Source: Nannocystis bainbridge | GTDB taxonomy: Bacteria; Myxococcota_A; Polyangia; Nannocystales; Nannocystaceae | DNA length: 64,000 nt | Direction of reading: 5' to 3' | NCBI RefSeq assembly: GCF_028368995.1 | Contig: NZ_JAQNDL010000003.1 | Location: 1,184,001 to 1,248,000 of the forward strand | Part shown: in pieces, positions 27,859 through 40,005 of the stretch | Layout of the letters: each line of letters starts with the position of its first letter | Position numbering within the stretch: the first letter of the stretch is position 1 | Position numbers and translations under genes: made by a program | Notes under the pieces: model-generated | Database searches by the model: none | Told to the model about the DNA's origin: nothing | Seen by the model: the letters and a program-made list of their open reading frames with translations, nothing else

Positions 27859-28428
27859 ATGACAACTTTGCGCCGCACCTTCCGCGTCGCCGCCTCGCCG
27901 GAACAGCTCCTCCCTTTCGTCCAGTTCAAGATCGCCGGTCCGGACAGCCGCGTGGCGCGGGTCCGCTTCGACCTCGTCCATGCGCGGGGCTTTCACCTCC
28001 TGCGCGCCGCGGAGAATGTCCCGGCCCTCTCCGAATGGGTCGTGGGGGCGCGCGTACGCCTCGAGCGCACACAGGGTGGGACGGTCGTCACGGTCGCACA
28101 CGCCGGGACCCTCCTGCGCCGCAATGGCCACCTGTCGGCAGCGCGGCCCCTCGTGATGGCGGTGACGTCCTTCATGATGACGGTGGCGACGTTGTGGGCA
28201 GGGCTCACTCGGAGCGACGACCCCGGCGCGCTGCTGTTCTGCCTCATGTTCCTGGTGTTGTTCGTGGCGACTTCTCGGCCGCTCGTCGCCAACTATCGCC
28301 GCCGCGACGCACACTTCGCTGAGCTCGCCGACGCGCTGCAGGAGGTCCTGGCCCCGCTCTCCGATCCCGAGCTCGCCCCGATCGCCCTGCGCATCGCGGC
28401 CGAGTTTCAAGCGCGCACCGGGGGCTGA
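27859..28428 (+). CDS. Hypothetical membrane protein
   Basis: Two C-terminal hydrophobic helices. Confidence 0.65.
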   Translation: MTTLRRTFRVAASPEQLLPFVQFKIAGPDSRVARVRFDLVHARGFHLLRAAENVPALSEWVVGARVRLERTQGGTVVTVAHAGTLLRRNGHLSAARPLVMAVTSFMMTVATLWAGLTRSDDPGALLFCLMFLVLFVATSRPLVANYRRRDAHFAELADALQEVLAPLSDPELAPIALRIAAEFQARTGG

Positions 28429-28576
28429 CGAGCGGCGCGTCCAGCCCCGTCCCGTACGGGGCCGCGCTCGAGCCTCGGCACCGAGTGCGTGCATTGGCGC
28501 CACGCGCGCCCGTTCGGGGTTCGTTTCGCATGAACAGTGTTGTCGCTCCGCGGGCCGCGAGGGCGGGCCGCGATGC

Positions 28577-29185
28577 TTGCACCTGACCGCGACGACGGCA
28601 TCTTCGCCGGCTGTGTCCGACACATCCAAGCCACCAGAATGGTCCGAGCCCGCGGCGATGGCGATCCCGGAGGGCGGCTTCTTCCCCGACGACGTCGAGT
28701 ACGGCCGTTACGGGCCCATCTTCCCCAAAACGCCCGCGTGCTACGGCTTCACCATCGTCGCCAAGATCATCCCCGGGCGCGAAGAGGCCTTTCGCGAGCA
28801 CGGGCGCACCCTGGAAAAGGCAGTGAAGGATCAGCCCGACATCCTCGCCCCGCTCGAGCTGCACTACCTGCGCTGGGTGCTGTTCGAGATCAAAGGCGAG
28901 ACGTACTTCATGTACCAGGGCATCTTCGACACCGACTTCGACAAATACACCGAGGACGCCGTCGCCCTGTTCTCGCAGTCCGGGATCAGCACCGTGTTCG
29001 AGAACCTCGAGGGCTTCCCGGCCGACTGGAAGACCAACCCGGAGGCCTTCGTCGAATTCGTGCGAGCGCACCACCGCCCCAGCTTCCTCGAGTACGGCGA
29101 ATATCCGTACGTCAGCGCCGACGAGATCAAGAAGGCGCTGCGCGTGAAGCACTTGTTCTCCCAGATGCTCGATCAGATGCAGTGA
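28577..29185 (+). CDS. Conserved hypothetical protein associated with DyP peroxidase (start uncertain)
   Basis: GRYGPIFPKTP, LHYLRWVLF, YQGIFDTDFDKYTED; first gene of a three-gene operon. Confidence 0.85.
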   Translation: MHLTATTASSPAVSDTSKPPEWSEPAAMAIPEGGFFPDDVEYGRYGPIFPKTPACYGFTIVAKIIPGREEAFREHGRTLEKAVKDQPDILAPLELHYLRWVLFEIKGETYFMYQGIFDTDFDKYTEDAVALFSQSGISTVFENLEGFPADWKTNPEAFVEFVRAHHRPSFLEYGEYPYVSADEIKKALRVKHLFSQMLDQMQ

Positions 29186-29198
29186 GGCCCACGCCCCG

Positions 29199-30515
29199 AT
29201 GCTCGACCTCGACGACATTCAGTACATCCTGCTGAACCGCGCGCCGGCCCGCGCCGGGCGGTACGAGTTCCTCTCGTTCGCCAGCGCGGAGGCCGGGCGG
29301 GCGTGGCTGTCCGCGCTCGTGGATCAGGTGCATTCGGTCGAGACGATGCGGGCGTCGATCGCCGACGAAAAACGGTGGGTGACGCTCGCGTTCACGTGGA
29401 ACGGGCTGCGCGCCCTCGGCGTCGACGAGGCCGCGCTGGCCACCTTCCCGGAGGAGTTTCGCCAGGGCATGGCGGCGCGCGCGGAGATCCTCGGCGACAC
29501 CGGCGCGAATCACCCGGACCACTGGGTGGACGGCACGACCGACCCGGACCTCCACGCCATCGTCCTCCTCTTCACCCGCACCGTCGAGGACCGAGCGCAC
29601 TACCAGGAGGAGCTCGCCAGCCTGCTGGCTGCCTCTCCGGGTGCGGAGCTGCTCTCGGCGCTCGACGTCGAGGCCATCCCACCGTTCGGCTACGCCCACG
29701 ACCACTTCGGCTACCGCGACCAGCTGACGAACCTGGCCATCGAGGGCTCCGGCGACGCGCCGACGCCCGGCTCCGGCGGGCTGCTGAAGCCGGGCGAGTT
29801 CATCCTCGGCTATCCCGACGAGCACGGACCGCCGGCGGGCCGACCGCAGCCGGAGGTCCTCTCGCGCAACGGCAGCTTCCTGGCGTATCGCCGGCTGCAG
29901 GAGCACGTGGGCAAGTTCCGCGAATTCCTCGCGGAGCACGGCGAGACCCCCGAGGAGCAGGAGCTCCTGGCGGCGAAGCTGATGGGTCGCTGGCGCAGCG
30001 GCGCCCCGCTGGTGCTCGCGCCCGACAAGGACGACCCGAAGCTCGCCGACGACCCGCAGCGCAACAACGACTTCAATTACAAGCAGGATGACCCGTTCGG
30101 CTACGCCGTACCGCTCGGCGCGCACATCCGCCGCGTGAACCCGCGGGACACCGCGGCCAGCATCAACCGGCACCGCATGATCCGCCGCGGCGCCACCTAC
30201 GGCCCGCACCTGCCCGACGATGCGCCGGAGGACGATCAGGAGCGCGGCGTCGCGGCCTTCGTGCTCTGCGCCAGCCTGATCCGCCAGTTCGAGTTCGCCC
30301 AGAACGTGTGGATCAACGACAAGAACTTCCACGAGCTCGGCAACGAGCGCGATCCGATCATCGGCACCCAGGACGGTACGCTCGAGTTCAAGATCCCGAC
30401 GCGACCGATCCGGCGAACGATCACCGGCCTGCCCGCCTTCACCACCGTACGCGGCGGCGCCTACTTCTTCATCCCCGGGATCGAGGCGCTGCGCTGGCTC
30501 GCCGCCGGCGATTGA
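29199..30515 (+). CDS. Dye-decolorizing (DyP-type) peroxidase
   Basis: HFGYRD, NGSFLAYRRL, AHIRRVNPR, IRRGATYG, QFEF, GGAYFFIPG. Confidence 0.92.
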   Translation: MLDLDDIQYILLNRAPARAGRYEFLSFASAEAGRAWLSALVDQVHSVETMRASIADEKRWVTLAFTWNGLRALGVDEAALATFPEEFRQGMAARAEILGDTGANHPDHWVDGTTDPDLHAIVLLFTRTVEDRAHYQEELASLLAASPGAELLSALDVEAIPPFGYAHDHFGYRDQLTNLAIEGSGDAPTPGSGGLLKPGEFILGYPDEHGPPAGRPQPEVLSRNGSFLAYRRLQEHVGKFREFLAEHGETPEEQELLAAKLMGRWRSGAPLVLAPDKDDPKLADDPQRNNDFNYKQDDPFGYAVPLGAHIRRVNPRDTAASINRHRMIRRGATYGPHLPDDAPEDDQERGVAAFVLCASLIRQFEFAQNVWINDKNFHELGNERDPIIGTQDGTLEFKIPTRPIRRTITGLPAFTTVRGGAYFFIPGIEALRWLAAGD

Positions 30516-30560
30516 TCGCACGCGCACGAGCCTGTCCACCCCCTCCCCCGATTCATCGCC

Positions 30561-31589
30561 ATGCCCCCCAAGAACCCCAACCTACCGCCGGCGAGGACCT
30601 ACAATCAGGCCCATATCCCGCGCAAGTACACACCCGGCAAGCGGCGCATCAGCATCTACTGGGCGTGGAGCTACCCGTGGGAGGCCCAGTGCAGCCTCCT
30701 GACGCTGGACAACCGCTACTCGACCTTCACCGAGGTGCGCAGGGTGCTGTGGCCGGCCTACGAGACGCCGGAGTACAGCCCGGCGCAGTTCCTGCAAGGA
30801 ATCGACGGGACGCTGGAGCTGTTCCACCGCTCCGCGCTGAGCTTTCAGACGGTCGCCGGCGAGGCCACCGGCCACCCCGTGGCGGTGTTCCAGCGCATCG
30901 ATCAGGCCGGCTTCACGCAGCCGATCGACGAGCGGATCCTCGCCGACACCGACACGCTGCTGGTGTTCGGCCTCGACAGCCTGAGCTCCGACCAGGCGGC
31001 CGCGCCGGCGGAGATCGAGGCCATCCAGCACTGGCTGAAGCGGCAGGACACCTGCATCGTGATCGCCCCGCACCACGACGTGGGCGACACCCCGGATTAC
31101 AAGCAGCGCCAGGAAGAATACGAGCACCACGGCGACCCGCTCGTGCCCCGGCAGCAGCGCTTCAGCGGCTACACCCGGTCGCTGTTGCAGGCGCTGGACA
31201 TCCCCGTGATCAACCAATGGGGTCTGCACCCCGCGTTCGCACCGGGCACCAAGGAGATCGCTCCCCTGACGTCCTTCCACGATCTGGACAAGAAGGGGCT
31301 GCTCAAAGACGTCCCGACATTCAACTTGCATCCCCACCTCCCGCACTACGCGCTGATCGGCGACGACACGAAGTCGGTGCAGGTGCTCGCGCGCCAGCCC
31401 ATCAATCTCCAACGCCCGCACCCCTTCACCGCGGCGGGCAACACCGAGTTCAACTGCCTGCTCTGGCTCCCGCCCGCCGGGCAGCGCGCCGGCGACATCC
31501 TGATGGTCGATTCGACCCACTTCACGACCCTGTTCGGCGGCACCGACAGCTTGCGGCAATTCTGGCGGAACCTCGCGCGGATGCAGTGA
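30561..31589 (+). CDS. Conserved hypothetical protein, third gene of the DyP operon
   Basis: YWAWSYPWE, APHHDVG, HPHLPHY; strong coding bias. Confidence 0.85.
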   Translation: MPPKNPNLPPARTYNQAHIPRKYTPGKRRISIYWAWSYPWEAQCSLLTLDNRYSTFTEVRRVLWPAYETPEYSPAQFLQGIDGTLELFHRSALSFQTVAGEATGHPVAVFQRIDQAGFTQPIDERILADTDTLLVFGLDSLSSDQAAAPAEIEAIQHWLKRQDTCIVIAPHHDVGDTPDYKQRQEEYEHHGDPLVPRQQRFSGYTRSLLQALDIPVINQWGLHPAFAPGTKEIAPLTSFHDLDKKGLLKDVPTFNLHPHLPHYALIGDDTKSVQVLARQPINLQRPHPFTAAGNTEFNCLLWLPPAGQRAGDILMVDSTHFTTLFGGTDSLRQFWRNLARMQ

Positions 31590-31729
31590 CGCCGCGAGCC
31601 CGGACCCGATCGCGCGCGGCGTCTGCCACGGCTCCGGCCGCCGCCCGCTCGGCATGACGCGCGCCGCCTTGCGAGCGCCACGAATCCAGGGAGCCCGGAG
31701 TTCGTGCTTCGTCGCGCAAACTGCTCGGG

Positions 31730-32647
31730 TCACAGCGGATCGATCGTCACCTGCGCGACGCCGAGGCGGAGGAGGCCGGCGCCGAGGCGGCGCTCGACCA
31801 CCCGGGCGGGGTCCGGCACGCCGGCCTGGCTGAACTGCAGGCGGATGCGGTGGATGCTCAGGTGCAGGTAGCCGGCGTCGACCTTGAGCATCTGCAGCAG
31901 GCGGTCCTGCGGCAGCCAGCCCTGCTCGCCGTCGACGACGCCGGCGGCGCGGTCGGCCAGGCGGGCGCGGGCGAGCACGAGCAGCGGATAGTGGTGCGCC
32001 CGCGCCTTGAGATCGATGCGCCGCTCGCCGACCCTGGCGACGAGCTCGACGTGCTCTTCGTCGGCGCTGACGCGGAATTGCAGATGCACGGGCGGGGCGT
32101 CGGGCTCGCTCGCGGCCTGCCAGGTCGCCGCGACGCCGTCCGTGAGGTGCACGCGCCACGGCTCGCCGCCGGCGGTCAGGACGGCGCGGTCCTCGACGCG
32201 GGTGGCCGGGCCGCCGGCGGGCTCGGCGAACCACACGCCCGCGTCCGACCGGCGCAGCCACAGCGCGGGCTCGTCGGCGTCGGGCAGCGCGAGCTCGTCG
32301 ACATCGACGAGGACGACCCGACCGTCGACGAGGTTGACGGCCATCGGTCGCGGCGGAGCGTCGTCGACGAGCTGCCACGCGCCGAGCGTCTCGCCGAAGC
32401 GGATCTCCGCCCCGCGCGCGAGCGGCAGGCACTCCCGCGCGACGAGCCGGCGGCCCGCGAGCCAGGTGCCGTTGCGGCTGCCGAGGTCTTGCAGCTCCCA
32501 GACGGCGCCGGTCCAGTGGATGGCGGCGTGCTCGCGCGAGACGTCGCGGACGTCGAGCACGAGGTCGCAGGCGGGCGAGCGCCCGACCACACACCGCGCC
32601 GGGAGGGCGCCCTGCCGCCGGGCGTCGGGTCCGAGGAGCGCCGCCAT
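31730..32647 (-). CDS. FHA-domain protein with a putative C-terminal winged-helix
   Basis: VGRS..CDL..VSREHA..DLGSRNGT; C-terminal LHLSIHRIRLQF..VERR. Confidence 0.88.
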   Translation of the reverse strand: MAALLGPDARRQGALPARCVVGRSPACDLVLDVRDVSREHAAIHWTGAVWELQDLGSRNGTWLAGRRLVARECLPLARGAEIRFGETLGAWQLVDDAPPRPMAVNLVDGRVVLVDVDELALPDADEPALWLRRSDAGVWFAEPAGGPATRVEDRAVLTAGGEPWRVHLTDGVAATWQAASEPDAPPVHLQFRVSADEEHVELVARVGERRIDLKARAHHYPLLVLARARLADRAAGVVDGEQGWLPQDRLLQMLKVDAGYLHLSIHRIRLQFSQAGVPDPARVVERRLGAGLLRLGVAQVTIDPL

Positions 32648-32679
32648 CGCCTACCAGTACACGGCCTCGTTCGCGCCGA

Positions 32680-34890
<2,211 letters not shown>

Positions 34891-34911
34891 GCCGCATGGT
34901 ACGATACGCCG

Positions 34912-35835
34912 GTGCTGGCGTGCCCACGTCTGGTCCTCGCCGCGGCGCTCGCGAGCGCGCCGGTGACCCCGACGCGATCGGCCGGGACGTGTGCCAACGA
35001 GCGAGCCGACGCCGACGCCGACGCGAACCTCGGCAATTGCCTCGGTGACGCGCGCGAGGCGAGGCAGGAGGGCGAGCCGCGGCTGGCGGCGGCGGCCTAC
35101 GCCCGGGCGCTGATGTTCGCGCGCGAGGCCTACGCGGCCGGCAAGGTGGGGGCCGCGGCGGACTGGTACGCCGCGGCGGGCGAGCAGATCGTGCACTACG
35201 GGACGGAGGGCTGCGCGCCCGCGAACCTGACGGGCGAGGCGTCACCGGCGATGCTGACGGCGTGCGTCGAGTTGCTCGACGAGTTCCTCGCGGACCTCGA
35301 GGCGGTCGACGCCGGTGCTTCGCGGTCGGCCGCGGCCGCGCGGCAGCGACGCGCGGAGCTGGAGCCGCTGCTCGCCGGGCTGCCCGCGCCGCCCGAGCCG
35401 GAGGTGCCACCGACGGCGACGCCGGCGGAGCCGCGAGGCGACTCCACGCCGGCGCTGCCGCGGGCCGTGCCGGCGCCGCGGCGACCGACCGGGCTCGACG
35501 CGGGGCTCGGCGTCGCCGCCACGGTCGCGGGGCTGGCGATCGCGGGGCTCGTGGTCGGCGACCGGCTCGGGCGCAGCGCCCACACAGCGGCGCTGTCCGG
35601 GTCCGACGCCGTCGATGCCGCCGCCGGCGTCGACCTGTGCGAGGCGATGGCCTCGGCCGATGGATGCGACGATCTGCGATCGGCGCGGCGGCTGTTCGTC
35701 GCGAGCGGCGTCACCCTGGGCGTCGCGCTGGCGGCGACGGCGTTGCTCACCGGACTGCGCGTCCGCCATGCCCGACGCGCCCGCGTCTCTGCTTCGTGGA
35801 GCGGACCGCGTGCCGGCGTCGTGGTCCGTTTCTGA
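34912..35835 (+). CDS. Exported/membrane protein with TPR-like N-terminus
   Basis: Signal-like start, helical region, Pro-rich linker, two C-terminal hydrophobic segments. Confidence 0.7.
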   Translation: MLACPRLVLAAALASAPVTPTRSAGTCANERADADADANLGNCLGDAREARQEGEPRLAAAAYARALMFAREAYAAGKVGAAADWYAAAGEQIVHYGTEGCAPANLTGEASPAMLTACVELLDEFLADLEAVDAGASRSAAAARQRRAELEPLLAGLPAPPEPEVPPTATPAEPRGDSTPALPRAVPAPRRPTGLDAGLGVAATVAGLAIAGLVVGDRLGRSAHTAALSGSDAVDAAAGVDLCEAMASADGCDDLRSARRLFVASGVTLGVALAATALLTGLRVRHARRARVSASWSGPRAGVVVRF

Positions 35836-35911
35836 GCGCTCCGTCGCATGGGGACCGCGCGTGAAATCCCGTGAAAGTGACGCCCGGCGGCGGGCTGCTA
35901 TCGTCGACGGC

Positions 35912-37489
35912 ATGCGCATTGGACTGTGGAGCGTGATCCTGACGATGGCCGCGTGTTCGACGAACGCCGGGCTCGGTGACGAGACGGCGACGAAGACGAC
36001 GGGCGTGTCCGACACCACGAGCGTGTCCGACACGGAGCCGACGGGCGGGGCCGCGCCGCTGACGCTGCACGGCGTGGCGCAGAAGGGGCCCTTCGTGCTC
36101 GGGGCCTCGATCTCGGTGTCACCCTTGACGAACACCGGGCAGCCGACGGGCCAGCAATTCGAGGTGCCGACGAGCAGCGACGGCGGCGAGTTCTCGGTCG
36201 ACGGGGTGCCGCTGGGTCCCGTGGCGCTGCTGGCGAGCGGGTATCACTACGACGAGATCCGCGGCGGGCCGTCGATGGCGCCGCTGACCCTGCGCGCGCT
36301 CCACCGGGTCAGCGACGACGCGACGACGGTCAACATCCACGTGCTGAGTCACCTGAGCGAGCAGCGGGCGCGCATGCTGATCGCCGAGCAGGTGACCGTC
36401 GAGGACGCGCTGGCGCTGGCCGACGCGGAGGTCGTGGCGGCGCTGGGGATCGGCAAGCCGGGGTTCGCGCTGGCCGGGGCGGCCGCGGAGGCGAGCGTGC
36501 TCGGGCCGGACACCGACGACAACGCGTACTTGTTGGCGGTCAGCGCGGTCGTCATGCAGGCGGCGTACATGACCGATCCAGCGGCGGCCGACGCCGCGGT
36601 GCAGACGCTGCTCAACCAGCTCGCGGCGGACCTCTCCGGCGACGGCACGCTCGACGACGAGGCGCTGCTGGGCCGGCTCGAGGCGGCCGAGACGGCGCTC
36701 GCGGCCGGGCCGGTGCGGGCGGCGCTGGCGGACTACATGGCGGATCTCGGGCTGCCCGGCGCGCCCCCGGACTTCGCGCGGATCCTCGACCAGGACCACG
36801 ACGGGCTGGCCAACAGCGAGGACAATTGCCCGCTCGTGGCCAACCTCGATCAGGTCGACGGCGACGGTGACGACCGCGGCGACGTGTGCGACGCGTGCCC
36901 GGACAGCGGGGTCGACATGGACGGCGACGGCTACGACGACGGCTGTGACAACTGCCCCGCGGTCGCCAACGCGGACCCGCCGCAGGCGGTGATGTCGCTG
37001 TTCGATCCGCTCAGCGACATCGACGAGGACGGCCTCGGCAACGCGTGCGACTCCTGCCCGAACTCGAAGGACCGCGGCGCCGGCCCCGACGACGTATGTT
37101 GTGACCCGCGGGTCGGCGGCTGTATCGAGGACAACGGGGCCCCGGAGATGGCGTGCCTGCCCAAGGGCGCCTCGTTCGCGTGCAAGGACGCTTTCGGCGG
37201 CTGCGGGCCCTACGAGCAGTGCTACTGCGAGGGGCTCCCGTGCATGAAGGCGGGCGCGATCCGGTCGGACCCCGAGTGCTACCATGACGGCTGCAAGTGC
37301 GACGAATTCCGCTGCATCGCCGAGTGGTGCACCGTCGGCGAGACCGTGTGCAAATTCGGGAACACGTGCGTCCCGTACTACGGCCCGGGCGAGGCGCCGG
37401 AGCCGGCGCTGGTGAACCTCGGCCTGTGCCTCGACGCCGACGCCGGCCCGTGCGTCGGCGAGACCGCGCTCGAATGCCTCGAGTGGTGA
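35912..37489 (+). CDS. Lipoprotein with thrombospondin type 3 repeats
   Basis: Lipobox MAAC; DQDHDGLANSEDNCP and DGDGDDRGDVCD repeats; Cys-rich tail. Confidence 0.85.
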   Translation: MRIGLWSVILTMAACSTNAGLGDETATKTTGVSDTTSVSDTEPTGGAAPLTLHGVAQKGPFVLGASISVSPLTNTGQPTGQQFEVPTSSDGGEFSVDGVPLGPVALLASGYHYDEIRGGPSMAPLTLRALHRVSDDATTVNIHVLSHLSEQRARMLIAEQVTVEDALALADAEVVAALGIGKPGFALAGAAAEASVLGPDTDDNAYLLAVSAVVMQAAYMTDPAAADAAVQTLLNQLAADLSGDGTLDDEALLGRLEAAETALAAGPVRAALADYMADLGLPGAPPDFARILDQDHDGLANSEDNCPLVANLDQVDGDGDDRGDVCDACPDSGVDMDGDGYDDGCDNCPAVANADPPQAVMSLFDPLSDIDEDGLGNACDSCPNSKDRGAGPDDVCCDPRVGGCIEDNGAPEMACLPKGASFACKDAFGGCGPYEQCYCEGLPCMKAGAIRSDPECYHDGCKCDEFRCIAEWCTVGETVCKFGNTCVPYYGPGEAPEPALVNLGLCLDADAGPCVGETALECLEW

Positions 37490-38853
37490 TGGCAGGACGG
37501 TGGGGCACAGGGCTCGTGTTCGCGGTCGTCGTGACGGCGGGCGCGGCGTGCCCGGTGTGGTGGGAGGCGATCCCCGAGGCCGGTCCGCCGGGCTGCGGCG
37601 ACGGTGAGGTCGCCGGGGGTGAAGCATGCGACGACGGCGACGTGCTCGACCACGACGCGTGCGCGGCGGACTGCTCGCGCGAGACGGTCGTCGTGGACAT
37701 GTGCGCCGCCCGCTCGCACACCTGCGTGGCGCTCGCCGACGGCGCGGTGCGCTGCTGGGGCGCCGGCGCGGCGGGCCGGCTCGGCAGCGGCGACGCGGCG
37801 ACGATCGGTGACGCGGCGGGAGAGCTGCCGGCGTCCGACGTGGCGGTCGGCGGCGAGGCGGCGCAGGTGGTGTGCAGCGGTGATCTTACCTGCGCGCGGC
37901 TGGTCGACGGCGACGTGCGCTGCTGGGGCGGGAACGCGTGGGGGCAGCTCGGGCGGGGCGACACGCGCGACGTCGGCGACGAGCCCGGGGCGCTGCCGGT
38001 CGCCTCGCTCGCGCTCGGCGGTCCGGCGACGCAGATCGCGGCGGGGCACGGGCACGTGTGTGCTGTCGCCGGCGGGCAGCTGCGCTGCTGGGGCTGGAAC
38101 GTGCTCGGCCAGCTCGGGGTCGGCAGCACCGAGACGATCGGCGACGAGGTCGGCGAGCTGCCGCCGCCGGCCGTCGCGCTCACGGGCGTCGTCGAGGTCG
38201 TGGCCGGGGTCAGTCACACTTGCGCCCGCGTGCAGGCCGGCACGGTCCACTGCTGGGGCAGCAGCTCGCGCGGGGAGCTCGGCTACGGCGACACGCTCCG
38301 CCGCGGCGACGCGCCCGGGGACCTGCCGACCCCGGCGGTCGCGCTCGGCGGGCCGGCGGTCCAGCTGGCGGCCGGCGGCCACCACACGTGCGCGTTGCTG
38401 GCCGATGCGTCGCTGCGCTGCTGGGGAGCCAACGACGCGGGTCAGCTCGGGCAGGCGCGCGCGGGCGACGTCGGTGACCAGCCGGGCGAGATGCCGCCGC
38501 CGCCGATCGACGTGGAGGAGGTCGTCCAGGTGGTCGCGGGAGCGAATCACACGTGCACACGTCACGCCGACGGCACGGTGCGCTGCTGGGGCGCGGGCGC
38601 GGCGGGCCAGCTCGGCGACGGAGAGACCGCGGACGTCGGGGTCGACCCGCTGACGTTCCCGCCAGGGCCGGTCGACCTCGGCGGCGAGGCCGATCGGCTG
38701 GCGGCGAACGGCGGCGACACGACGTGCGCGCGGCTCACCGACGGGTCGCTGCGCTGCTGGGGAGCCAACGAGTCGGGCCAGCTCGGCCTCGGCTTCGCGC
38801 GGACCGAGCCGTCGACCGCGACGCCGGCCGTCGCAGGTCGCGTGCTGTTCTGA
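37489..38853 (+). CDS. RCC1-repeat beta-propeller protein with a myxobacterial Cys-rich motif
   Basis: HTCA..DG.VRCWG...GQLG repeats; CGDG..EACDDG; TGATG overlap with the upstream gene. Confidence 0.9.
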   Translation: MAGRWGTGLVFAVVVTAGAACPVWWEAIPEAGPPGCGDGEVAGGEACDDGDVLDHDACAADCSRETVVVDMCAARSHTCVALADGAVRCWGAGAAGRLGSGDAATIGDAAGELPASDVAVGGEAAQVVCSGDLTCARLVDGDVRCWGGNAWGQLGRGDTRDVGDEPGALPVASLALGGPATQIAAGHGHVCAVAGGQLRCWGWNVLGQLGVGSTETIGDEVGELPPPAVALTGVVEVVAGVSHTCARVQAGTVHCWGSSSRGELGYGDTLRRGDAPGDLPTPAVALGGPAVQLAAGGHHTCALLADASLRCWGANDAGQLGQARAGDVGDQPGEMPPPPIDVEEVVQVVAGANHTCTRHADGTVRCWGAGAAGQLGDGETADVGVDPLTFPPGPVDLGGEADRLAANGGDTTCARLTDGSLRCWGANESGQLGLGFARTEPSTATPAVAGRVLF

Positions 38854-38950
38854 GTTCGAGGCCGTGCTGCAGGCGCTACGGCCGTTCCCCTGTCGTCGTC
38901 ACGCCTCAGGTCCACGCGCCGGGGCGCGGTCAAATTTTTCGTCCGCGCGC

Positions 38951-38990
38951 TGCGACAACGGACCCGGCCGCCTGTCATGCCCGCAGGAGG
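38951..38990 (+). promoter_or_regulatory. Putative ECF-type promoter TGCGACA-N15-TGTCATG
   Basis: Near-identical element with the same spacing at 42802-42841. Confidence 0.6.
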
Positions 38991-39068
38991 CCAGAGCTTG
39001 CGAGCGTCGTGCTCGTGGCGGCCTCACGCGTGCCGCGCAGCGAATCCGCGCGGCAACAGGAATCGTTC

Positions 39069-39836
39069 ATGTCCATCACGTTCGCGCGTCCCCACGCCTC
39101 GCTGTCCCGCTCCTTCCTCGCCGCCTCGCGCCTCGGCCCCGCGCTGCTGCTCGGCGGCTCCGTGCTGGCCCCGCTGGCCTGCGACGACGAACCGGCCGCC
39201 CGCGTCGAAGCGGTCGAGCTGCGCGCCGGCGAGTGCCCGTGCGACGGCGGCAAGAACCACCTCGGCCAGACCGTCGACACCGACGAGTGCGGCTACCAGG
39301 TCTGCGGCGAGGACTTCAAGAACTACGTCTGCGGCGCGGACGGCTGGGAGTTCCAGGGCGGCACCTGCGGCGGCGACGACGGCTGCGACTGCCCCGGCGG
39401 CAAGGACTTCCGCGGCGACACCGTGCACGCGACCGAATGCAACCACCAGGTCTGCGGCGAGAACTTCAAGTTCTACACCTGCCAGCCGAGCGGATGGGTC
39501 CAGGAGGGCGGCGCCTGCGACGGCGACGGCGGCGAGGTCGTGTGCGACTGCCCCGACGGCACCAACAACCTCGGCCAGACCGTGCACGCGACCGAATGCG
39601 GCCAGACGGTCTGCGGCCAGAATTTCGAGTACTACTCGTGCGAGCTCACCGGCTGGGTCTCGCAGGGCGGCGTCTGCGGCGGCGACGACGGCTGCGACTG
39701 CCCCGGCGGTAAGAACCATCTCGGCCAGACCGTGCACGCGACCGAATGCGACGTGCAGGTCTGCGGCGAAAACCTCCAGTACTACGTCTGTGGGCAGGAT
39801 GGATGGGTCCAGCAGGGCGGCCCCTGCGACGGCTGA
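39069..39836 (+). CDS. Lipoprotein made of four ~50-aa six-cysteine repeats
   Basis: Lipobox PLAC; CxCxxG.N.LGQTVHATEC..QVCGEN...Y.C...GW..QGG.C repeated four times. Confidence 0.88.
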   Translation: MSITFARPHASLSRSFLAASRLGPALLLGGSVLAPLACDDEPAARVEAVELRAGECPCDGGKNHLGQTVDTDECGYQVCGEDFKNYVCGADGWEFQGGTCGGDDGCDCPGGKDFRGDTVHATECNHQVCGENFKFYTCQPSGWVQEGGACDGDGGEVVCDCPDGTNNLGQTVHATECGQTVCGQNFEYYSCELTGWVSQGGVCGGDDGCDCPGGKNHLGQTVHATECDVQVCGENLQYYVCGQDGWVQQGGPCDG

Positions 39837-40005
39837 GTCCCGGCGAGGCAGGGCCTCCACGGCGATCGCCGCGCGCGTCTTCGCGGGCTCGATCTTCGCT
39901 GGCGACGATGGCGGACCGCATCGAGGTCGCCCGCGAACACGGACGGCTCGATCTCACGCGCCGCGCGACTTGGGCGGCTGTCGCGCCTGCAGTACGTTGG
40001 CTGCC

